Origin: a virus
DNA length: 64,000 nt
Reading direction: 5' to 3' (one strand)
Virus record (IMG/VR): IMGVR_UViG_3300049427_000004
Location: 64,001 to 128,000 of that record
Of the stretch, positions 56,506-64,000 are shown one piece after another (the first letter of the stretch is position 1; the number at the start of each line of letters is the position of its first letter). The translations under genes were made by a program, and so were the position numbers. The notes under the pieces were generated by a model, which was not told the DNA's origin, made no database searches, and saw only the letters and a program-made list of their open reading frames with translations.

Positions 56506-57795
56506 TTGGAAAGCAATTATGTTAAATTGTGGTTTGCATATGATATTAATAACCAAATAACCTACATATCAAGTATTAATGAATCTAACAAATACAATAC
56601 ATATAATTGTCCTATTTGCTCATCTACCGTCATACCAAAAGCGCTTAATTCATCAAAAGTTGCATCTCATTTCGCCCATGACGATTCGACTCAGTGTAAT
56701 TCAGAGACAATGATTCACTGGTGGTTTAAAAACAAATTTATTGAATGTGGCGATAGAATAATAATCCATGGACAAGATAAAACATACATCTGTTCTGAAG
56801 TAATTGTTGAACAATCAATACATACTTCTCATGGCATTTATCGCCCTGACATTACGATCAAAACAAAATGTAGCGAAATTATATATTTTGAAATGAATTA
56901 TCGAAATAAGAAGAAAACTGAAGATTATATAGATAAATGGTTAGAGTTAAAGAAAACAGTTGTAGAAGTAGACATTAAAGACTTGTTGTTAGGTAATGAA
57001 GCATCTAGCTTTACTCCCCTTTTCTCCAATGGAAAGATAATTAATTCTAAGAAGAATGATACATATTACAATACCATCGGTAAGTATAAAGAAATTGTTC
57101 TGTATGATTTTGTCACAGATGAGCAAAAGAAAAGAATTGAAAAATTGGATTGGTTATGGCGTGAAATAACAAATTATAAACTCGGAACCATTTCAATAGA
57201 TCGTATTTCCCTAATTATCGATTCCATTGATCAGGAAGGCAGAGGCGTTGTAGATGAGGTGCTAAAGTCAGCAAAATGCAGTAAACTTTATAAAGATTAT
57301 AAAAACTATAAAAAACAATTTGAAGAACTCCAACTAGATTTTACTCCAGAAGACCTAACTAATAAAGTATCATTTGTGAATGAAAATCAATGCATTAATC
57401 CTTACGAATTAAAATTAGTTAGTACCAAAAAATACAAATCAGAAAGTTATTATAATGGCAGCAGAAAGCATATGTATAAAACAAGACAATATTTTAGCCA
57501 CTACACTTTTTCAGTGGTACTGAAGTGTAAAGAAAAAATAATTAATCGTATTTCAGTATTAAATAAAGATTATGAGAAACTTGTTAATACAAATTTTCTC
57601 ACTGAATGGACTATTCAAATTACAAAAAACCATAAGATTGGTAACAGATGCGTAGAATGCAATAAGGTATTTAATATGGAGTTTAAAGAGTTGAAGTATT
57701 ATTCAGACAAAAATTTTAAAATTCCAAAACGTTGCCCTGTATGTAAAAGTAAAAGAAAAAACAATCAAGATCGGAGGACTTCTATTATTGAGTAA
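56506..57795 (+). CDS. CoiA-like PD-(D/E)xK nuclease domain protein with C-terminal zinc ribbon
   Basis: CPIC...HFAH; RPDI...FEMNY; CVEC...PKRCPVC. Confidence 0.55.
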   Translation: MESNYVKLWFAYDINNQITYISSINESNKYNTYNCPICSSTVIPKALNSSKVASHFAHDDSTQCNSETMIHWWFKNKFIECGDRIIIHGQDKTYICSEVIVEQSIHTSHGIYRPDITIKTKCSEIIYFEMNYRNKKKTEDYIDKWLELKKTVVEVDIKDLLLGNEASSFTPLFSNGKIINSKKNDTYYNTIGKYKEIVLYDFVTDEQKKRIEKLDWLWREITNYKLGTISIDRISLIIDSIDQEGRGVVDEVLKSAKCSKLYKDYKNYKKQFEELQLDFTPEDLTNKVSFVNENQCINPYELKLVSTKKYKSESYYNGSRKHMYKTRQYFSHYTFSVVLKCKEKIINRISVLNKDYEKLVNTNFLTEWTIQITKNHKIGNRCVECNKVFNMEFKELKYYSDKNFKIPKRCPVCKSKRKNNQDRRTSIIE

Positions 57796-60568
57796 ACAAA
57801 AATCCAGTTTAAAATACATATTTAAAATCAACTCGTCGCGAATAAGAAGTGCGAATTGGAATCTTAACCTATCCTCTTCTGAAGCATTTAAAAACGAGGA
57901 AATTGTTTCATTAGCTGATAGCACAACTCTTAGATTCATAAGGAATATCAAAGGTCTTAATGATGATGAAATTGAAAATCAAGTTAAAGTAACAAAAAAA
58001 CAAATTAAAATATTAAAATCATATCCTACAACACCTGAACATAGAAAGAATATCAGAAAACAGTACGATTTATTGTTCGATTTGACGTTTGTCAAGGATT
58101 ATATATGCATTGTTATGGACAGCAATAAAGACTTTGACAGGTTGAATAGCAAAAAAGGATTCTATATAAACGGCGTTAAATTTAAACGACTCTTGGCTAC
58201 AACAGGAGGAGCAAAAAATAGCACCGTTGTATACGTAAGTGATTTGATACATAGCGAGTTAAATATACGTCTAGAAAACGGTAGAGATGCAAGCAAACCT
58301 TTTGTTCCAGCTAAGCTTGAGGCCTACAAGTCTCTAGCATGCAGCGCAAGCGTCACAGTACCAAATCCAACAGGAATTTTAGTTGTGAATGACTGCGTAA
58401 CAAATTTCACTTCGGACATAGTCAAGATTGATGACACCTATGGTGAGTATCCTTCAATGACATATGAAAAAGACAGCATAGTAGAGTTAAATGATAGTGA
58501 TGGATATGGTTTGATCCTCCCTTCTCTCAGCAAGCATTGGGCCGAATTTTTAGGAGAAGATTACACCCCAAGTGGTTATTGTTTGAGGGGATCATTTACA
58601 AAGGGTATGGTTTTTAGTTTTGACTTTCTTGATTTTGCGAATAAAATATCTGGAACAACTAAAGTCATAGATGCTTGGGGAAATATGAAGGATTTAATTG
58701 ATGATCAGATTCAATTAATTCTAACAACTTCTATGTTAAAACTGTGGGACAGTTACAACAACATTGAACATTACCTGCGTTGTTGTGATGAAAACGGTTA
58801 TGAATGGAGTGTCACCAAGGTAATACCGAAGCAGCTTGAAAATGAAAGAAATTTAAACTACCAATTCATACAATCTTTAAATCTCAGTGACAATGATATT
58901 GATGAATTAATTGAGCCTACAATTACAGAAATCAAAGATGTTCTAAGTGAAGATTGGAGAAAAAGTCTGCTGTTCTTAAAAGGATCGCATTTACATGATA
59001 AGAGCTTTACACAATCGGATAGTGATTTCTCAAAAGCACTAATGGTAGACAAAGAAATGATAAAAGATCCATTTGTAAGAACAAGAATACATAATATGAC
59101 TAAAAAAAGAATAAACGATGCCAAAACAGGAGTTCTCAGAGTAAAAGGAAATTTTTCTATTGTTTCAGGAGACCCGTATAGCCTCTGTCAGTCGATTTTT
59201 GGTATGGAGGTTACGGGATTACTCAAGGCAGGAGAATTTTATTCGAATTACTGGAATGAAAAGAATATTGATAAGGTGGCATGCTTTAGAGCGCCAATGA
59301 CATGTCACAATAACATACGAATACTTAGATTTAAAAATACTGAAGTTATGAACTATTGGTATCAGTATATGAGCACTGTTACAATTTTTAACTCATGGGA
59401 TACGACAGCTCACGCCTTAAATGGTTTGGATAAAGATGGCGATTCAGTAATGACTACCCCATCCCCTGTCATCCTTAGGGCAATTAGAGAGTTAGAAGCA
59501 ATCTTATGTGTACAAAAAACAGCAAATAAAATCATTGCCACAGAAGATGATTTTATAAAAGCAAACAAGAACAGTTTTGGAGATGCCATAGGTTCTATAA
59601 CCAATCGAATCACATCTATGTTCGACGTTCAAGCAAAGTATGACAGAGCAAGTGAAGAGTACAAGGAATTAGAATACAGAATTATCTGTGGTCAGAATTA
59701 TCAGCAAAACGCAATAGACAAGTCTAAAGGAATCGTAAGTAAAGCGATGCCAAAAGATTGGTATGATTACAAATCAAATATGCCTTCTAATGATGAAGAA
59801 GAAGATATTAATGAGCAAAGGGATTTTAATATAAGCATCTTAGCTGATAAAAAACCGTATTTCTTCTCATACATATATCCACATTTGATGAAGCAGCATA
59901 GACTATACATAGCAAATACAACCAAGAATGCTTACAAACGATTCGATCTAAGTGTTGAAGAATTAATTGCAAAAGAAGGTAAAAATGAAGATGAAGAGAA
60001 TTTTCTAAAGTTTTATCATTATAAAACTCCTCTTTCAATGGCTGATTCAGTAATGAATAATATTTGTCGTAAAATTGAGGGTGAGTTTGATAACGTTAGA
60101 GTCACCCTCAAGAAAGTTGAATTTGATCATACAATACTTATGAGTAACGCTACTTATACTAAGGGTCGGTTTGCAGCTATAAAGGAACTTTATAAGCAAT
60201 ACCTCACTCAGGTTAGGGAATATGTAAAATCATCTAAGTCGATGAAAATTGATAAAGATGAGCGACAAAGTAAACGTGCTGAATTTGTGGAATCCTTTAA
60301 AAAAGAAGCATCAATGCTTTGTAATTGTATAGAGGAGCTAACCAATATTGTAGTTGAAGTTTGCTACAGCAACGGAAGCGATAATTCTAAGCAATTTGCT
60401 TGGGACATATGTGGAGAACAAATGATCAAAAATTTACTTAAGAGGAATAATAATACGATCCACTACCCCGTATTGGATTCACTTGGAGACATCGAATTTG
60501 GTGGAGAAAAATTTAAATTAGTTTCTAATGTATTGGAGGATTGCGATATTGAAAGTAGTTTTAAATGA
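57788..60568 (+). CDS. yonO: YonO-like single-subunit DNA-dependent RNA polymerase
   Basis: 926 aa; SDGYG, FRAPM and NGLDKDGD metal-binding motif; upstream of HU as in SPbeta. Confidence 0.85.
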   Translation: MSKQKSSLKYIFKINSSRIRSANWNLNLSSSEAFKNEEIVSLADSTTLRFIRNIKGLNDDEIENQVKVTKKQIKILKSYPTTPEHRKNIRKQYDLLFDLTFVKDYICIVMDSNKDFDRLNSKKGFYINGVKFKRLLATTGGAKNSTVVYVSDLIHSELNIRLENGRDASKPFVPAKLEAYKSLACSASVTVPNPTGILVVNDCVTNFTSDIVKIDDTYGEYPSMTYEKDSIVELNDSDGYGLILPSLSKHWAEFLGEDYTPSGYCLRGSFTKGMVFSFDFLDFANKISGTTKVIDAWGNMKDLIDDQIQLILTTSMLKLWDSYNNIEHYLRCCDENGYEWSVTKVIPKQLENERNLNYQFIQSLNLSDNDIDELIEPTITEIKDVLSEDWRKSLLFLKGSHLHDKSFTQSDSDFSKALMVDKEMIKDPFVRTRIHNMTKKRINDAKTGVLRVKGNFSIVSGDPYSLCQSIFGMEVTGLLKAGEFYSNYWNEKNIDKVACFRAPMTCHNNIRILRFKNTEVMNYWYQYMSTVTIFNSWDTTAHALNGLDKDGDSVMTTPSPVILRAIRELEAILCVQKTANKIIATEDDFIKANKNSFGDAIGSITNRITSMFDVQAKYDRASEEYKELEYRIICGQNYQQNAIDKSKGIVSKAMPKDWYDYKSNMPSNDEEEDINEQRDFNISILADKKPYFFSYIYPHLMKQHRLYIANTTKNAYKRFDLSVEELIAKEGKNEDEENFLKFYHYKTPLSMADSVMNNICRKIEGEFDNVRVTLKKVEFDHTILMSNATYTKGRFAAIKELYKQYLTQVREYVKSSKSMKIDKDERQSKRAEFVESFKKEASMLCNCIEELTNIVVEVCYSNGSDNSKQFAWDICGEQMIKNLLKRNNNTIHYPVLDSLGDIEFGGEKFKLVSNVLEDCDIESSFK

Positions 60569-61322
60569 ACAAGAGTTAATTGATCAGTCTCTTCTAAATA
60601 AGACATTCGATGAAAATAATTATGGGACTATTCTTAGAGTCCTAGCCAAACATTATTTCTCAATTGGCATGGATCAACAACAGGTCAAGGATACTTTGGT
60701 TTCTCATATAAGAGTTCGAGTAAAACAATACATACATAAGGAATGGAATAATCGTATTGATTATGCAGTAAAATCCGTAAAAAAATATGGCTATGAATTG
60801 GTTGATATTCGTGAGGTCATTATTACCATGAGTGAATTAACCACTCTTAAAAGCATCAATGACAATGATCTTGAGAAAATTGCATTTGTATATCTAATTT
60901 ATGGTAAGATATTTAATCAAATAAAAAAGACAAACGACAATTGGGTAAACATTAAAATTAAAGAAGTACTGGTTGATGCAAAAATAAATAAAGGCTATAA
61001 ATCAACAAGAGAACAACAAAGAGCCTTGCGAATATTAAATGAGCTAGGAATATTGAGAAGTTCAAGGAAAGTGGATAACACCAGTGAGCGAGTGTGTTTT
61101 ATTGATGAAGCAAGTGAGCCTGTAATCAAGATCAGTGATTTCAGGGATTACGTTCTAGAATATTTAAAATGGAAAGGTGAAAATGTAGGTAGTTGTGAAT
61201 CGTGTTTCAAGCTAATTCAAGTGCAAAGTAATCGGAAAAAATACTGTAACATTTGCTGGAAAGATAAGTGGAAACAGTATAATGCAGAAAAACAGAGAGA
61301 ATATAGAAACAAAAAATTGTAA
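60549..61322 (+). CDS. Conserved phage protein with C-terminal zinc ribbon
   Basis: GGAGGA RBS before TTG; CESC...CNIC. Confidence 0.7.
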   Translation: MKVVLNEQELIDQSLLNKTFDENNYGTILRVLAKHYFSIGMDQQQVKDTLVSHIRVRVKQYIHKEWNNRIDYAVKSVKKYGYELVDIREVIITMSELTTLKSINDNDLEKIAFVYLIYGKIFNQIKKTNDNWVNIKIKEVLVDAKINKGYKSTREQQRALRILNELGILRSSRKVDNTSERVCFIDEASEPVIKISDFRDYVLEYLKWKGENVGSCESCFKLIQVQSNRKKYCNICWKDKWKQYNAEKQREYRNKKL

Positions 61323-61479
61323 TTCGTGTATTTTTAGAAATAGCTATTAAACCATTGCAAACACTAGCTTTTGAACAATGTTCGGAATTTACTAGTATGA
61401 GGAGAAAAACGTTATTATATAAGACTTTTTCAAATCAAACCACAAACCAAAAACAAAATCAAAGGGAGAAAATAAAAAA

Positions 61480-61803
61480 ATGAATAAACAAGAACTAATA
61501 AATAAGGTTGTAGAACTATCCGAACTTACAAAGAAAGATTCCACTAAAGCAGTAGATGCAGTATTTGATGCAATTACTGAGGCACTAGCATCTGGCGACA
61601 ATGTGAAAATAATCGGTTTCGGAAACTTCGAAGTTCGTGAACGTGCTGCTCGTAAAGGACAGAATCCTAAGCTGTTGAAGCAACTTAAAGAGCAAGGTGT
61701 AGATGTAGAAACTGCCAAAGCACAAGCTGCTATTGATATCGCATCGAGTAAAGCTCCTGCATTCAAACCAGCTAAAAATCTAAAATCGCAAGTTAATGGT
61801 TAA
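61480..61803 (+). CDS. hup: HU-like DNA-binding protein with an arm-tip insertion
   Basis: MNKQELI...[17 protein letters not shown]...PAFKPAK. Confidence 0.92.
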   Translation: MNKQELINKVVELSELTKKDSTKAVDAVFDAITEALASGDNVKIIGFGNFEVRERAARKGQNPKLLKQLKEQGVDVETAKAQAAIDIASSKAPAFKPAKNLKSQVNG

Positions 61804-61919
61804 TACATATAACTAAAATATAATTATCCTCATACATATATCAATAATTTTTTATAGTGGATTGAACTCTGATTAAGGGTCTCTCCACTCCCCTATTCTA
61901 CCTTAAATGAGAAAGGTAA

Positions 61920-63242
61920 TTGCCGATGAAAAAAATCTATGTGCTCGATACAAATGTCTTGCTTCACGATCCAAATGCCTTGTACTCATTCGGTGAAAAT
62001 GAAGTTATCATTCCTTCAGTAGTATTGGAGGAAATCGACTCAAAAAAGAAACTCATGGACGAACTCGGTAAGAATGCTCGATATGTGTCTCGTCAATTAG
62101 ATGGACTCAGAGAAAATGCAAAATTACATATTGGTGCTCCTCTTCAAAATGGAGGATCATTGAAAATCGTTAGACATAGCAAAGAATCAATTGTGTTTGA
62201 AGTTTTCAATGAAGTTAATAATGATAACGCAATAATTTCAGTAGCAGAAGCCTTGACAAATGAACTCCCCGAACAAAAAGTAGTACTTGTGTCCAAAGAT
62301 GTGAATGTTCGCATTAAAGCTGATACTGTCGGTGTTACTGCTGAAGATTATGAGTATGATAAATTGGTCACAACCGAAGATGATTTGTATAAAGGATATA
62401 CGGAAATTTTTGTTGAAGACAACTTAATTGATCGCTTCTATAAAGACAAGTGCATTGAAGTTGATGACAGATTTATTAACTACTACGACAATCACTTTAT
62501 TATTCTTAAATCCCATACTTTTGAAGGAAAAAGAGCTGTAACTAGGAAAGTCGGTAGTCAACTTGTTGAATTAGTATTCTATAAAAAAGATATGAAAGTG
62601 TTTGGTTTAACACATAACAATGTTGAACAACTAATGGCACTCGAATTATTGCTTGATGATAGTGTAGATTTAGTAACCTTATCAGGGAAAGCAGGTACAG
62701 GTAAAACACTGTTATCACTTGCAGCAGCGCTACATAAGAAGATGGACGAACAATTATACAATAAGGTTCTAGTAGCTCGACCAGTCGTTCCAATGGGTAA
62801 GGATATTGGTTATCTGCCTGGCGAAAAGGAAGAGAAACTCCGTCCGTGGATGCAACCAATCTATGATAATCTTGAACACTTGTTTGGATGTAAAAGTGAT
62901 ATTGAACTTAATGAAAAACTCCAAGGTTATGAGGATATTATTCAAGTTGAAGCTTTGACCTACATCCGTGGAAGATCGATTCCTAGACAATTCATGATTA
63001 TTGATGAGGCTCAAAACTTATCTCAACATGAAGTTAAAACCATTGTTACACGCATGGGGGTTGGAAGTAAGATTGTACTTGTAGGAGATCCGTATCAAAT
63101 AGACAATCCATACTTAGATATGTACTCCAATGGTCTCACTCATATCACGGAAGCTATGAAAGACCTCAAAAATGTTGGACATATTTCTCTCACGAAAAGT
63201 GAGCGTTCAAGATTGGCACAGCAAGCAGCTGACCGCCTATAA
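61920..63242 (+). CDS. phoH: PIN-PhoH family protein (YlaK-like)
   Basis: YVLDTNVLLHDP PIN domain; GKAGTGKT, YIRGRS, IIDEAQN. Confidence 0.92.
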   Translation: MPMKKIYVLDTNVLLHDPNALYSFGENEVIIPSVVLEEIDSKKKLMDELGKNARYVSRQLDGLRENAKLHIGAPLQNGGSLKIVRHSKESIVFEVFNEVNNDNAIISVAEALTNELPEQKVVLVSKDVNVRIKADTVGVTAEDYEYDKLVTTEDDLYKGYTEIFVEDNLIDRFYKDKCIEVDDRFINYYDNHFIILKSHTFEGKRAVTRKVGSQLVELVFYKKDMKVFGLTHNNVEQLMALELLLDDSVDLVTLSGKAGTGKTLLSLAAALHKKMDEQLYNKVLVARPVVPMGKDIGYLPGEKEEKLRPWMQPIYDNLEHLFGCKSDIELNEKLQGYEDIIQVEALTYIRGRSIPRQFMIIDEAQNLSQHEVKTIVTRMGVGSKIVLVGDPYQIDNPYLDMYSNGLTHITEAMKDLKNVGHISLTKSERSRLAQQAADRL

Positions 63243-63300
63243 TGAATTCTAAGCTCAAATACATATATCCTCTCATTGACAGGAGACCACTCCTGTCTTT

Positions 63301-63498
63301 TTGTTTGTCGTAATACCAAAAAATCTTAGGGAGATGTTTTATATGTCAGACAATAAGCAAAAGGAACTAAATAAAATCAAAGAGGATTTGTTTGCACTGT
63401 ATCCTAATGCAATTAGCATTTCCTTTACTGTTGAAGGTGATAAAATCACAGTCTCACCAAAAGAGAAGTATGTGGCAACACCTTCTGATGAGGAGTGA
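63301..63498 (+). CDS. Small hypothetical protein (true start probably MSDNKQ)
   Basis: GGGAG RBS. Confidence 0.5.
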   Translation: MFVVIPKNLREMFYMSDNKQKELNKIKEDLFALYPNAISISFTVEGDKITVSPKEKYVATPSDEE

Positions 63499-63502
63499 TT
63501 AG

Positions 63503-64000
63503 ATGACTCCTTCTGATCTTAAAAAAGTCGGTTCAGAAACAATTAAGGATTTTAAAATTCGCATCTGTTCTAATAAGGACATTTATTCTCTAACTTGGGA
63601 AGAAATTAAAGATCTCATTAATAAGCAAACTGGCGACAGCTATGGTGAATCAACATATCGTAAGTGGTGGGCTGCGTTTTCCGATGGATTGGAATTAGGC
63701 AAGTCATCCACTATTAATGATGATGAAATTTTAAGCGAATATGAACTCAAAAAGATTGAAGCAGAAACTGCTGTTAAGAAAGTTCAGGCAGTTAAAGTGG
63801 AATACAATAAACTGCTCCGTGAAGATGCTAGAACTAAAGTTATGTGGGATATGGTTAAGGATAGTATAGATAAATTTCCTACTCCTGATTTCCAATCAGA
63901 CAACTTCTTCTCTGTTCAGGATGATAAGGTTGGTATCCTTACATTTGCAGACATTCACTTCGGAAAGCACTTCCAAAGTATCAATAATTCATACAACGAA
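63503..64000 (+). CDS. YonJ-like metallophosphoesterase-domain protein (partial)
   Basis: GAGGAG RBS; GILTFADIHFG (DxH) motif at the window end. Confidence 0.55.
   Translation, partial: MTPSDLKKVGSETIKDFKIRICSNKDIYSLTWEEIKDLINKQTGDSYGESTYRKWWAAFSDGLELGKSSTINDDEILSEYELKKIEAETAVKKVQAVKVEYNKLLREDARTKVMWDMVKDSIDKFPTPDFQSDNFFSVQDDKVGILTFADIHFGKHFQSINNSYNE

Larger units (their letters stand above)
1..64000. mobile_element. Large SPbeta-like temperate phage / prophage (possibly phage-plasmid), partial
   Basis: YonO-like RNAP, HU, PhoH, MrpR/YopQ/YopP-like genes, HNH endonucleases and dense small ORFs; no host core genes and no att boundary seen. Confidence 0.88.

Noticed and set aside
61373-61385. 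LexA box upstream of HU
   Set aside because: GAAC-AAT-GTTC has a 3-nt spacer instead of 4.
191-63014. Many antisense or overlapping track ORFs (e.g. 808..1017, 5093..5311, 35703..36083, 54506..54934, 61392..61766)
   Set aside because: Shadows of well-supported genes on the opposite strand, without RBS or recognisable motifs.
1-64000. Arbitrium (aimR/aimP) genes, reverse transcriptase systems and att sites
   Set aside because: No TPR-HTH receptor with an adjacent peptide, no YADD/YxDD RT motif and no host-phage boundary seen; they may lie outside the window.

Overview
The whole 64-kb window is AT-rich phage DNA with no host housekeeping genes. It looks like the early/regulatory half and the start of the late region of a large SPbeta-like temperate phage (or phage-plasmid) of a spore-forming Bacillales host; Paenibacillaceae is a low-confidence guess. 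Family calls come from motifs I recognised by eye, not from database searches. The landmarks are a YonO-like single-subunit RNA polymerase, HU, PIN-PhoH, MrpR/YopQ/YopP-like genes, Ku plus ATP-dependent ligase, a sliding clamp, a RecD2 helicase broken by one in-frame TAA, a TubZ/TubR-like pair and a pilin+ATPase cassette. Positions 1-50.7 kb are almost all minus-strand, with many small accessory ORFs; 50.8-64 kb is plus-strand. The most striking observations are five. (1) About 26 copies of an 18-bp inverted repeat (WTRAAA-N6-TTTYAW) sit at the 3' ends of the accessory genes, an integron-like cassette architecture. (2) An Agr-like peptide-signalling operon (AgrB, kinase-less membrane protein, Cys-less AgrD-like peptide, receiver-less LytTR) lies directly behind the MrpR-like repressor, and no arbitrium genes are visible in the window. 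(3) An orphan MazF and a lone plus-strand gene both carry LexA boxes. (4) A tRNA-like RNA has two T-loops and no anticodon arm. (5) A 1.5-kb non-coding region with an abrupt G/C skew flip lies near a wHTH gene with four phased palindromic iterons.
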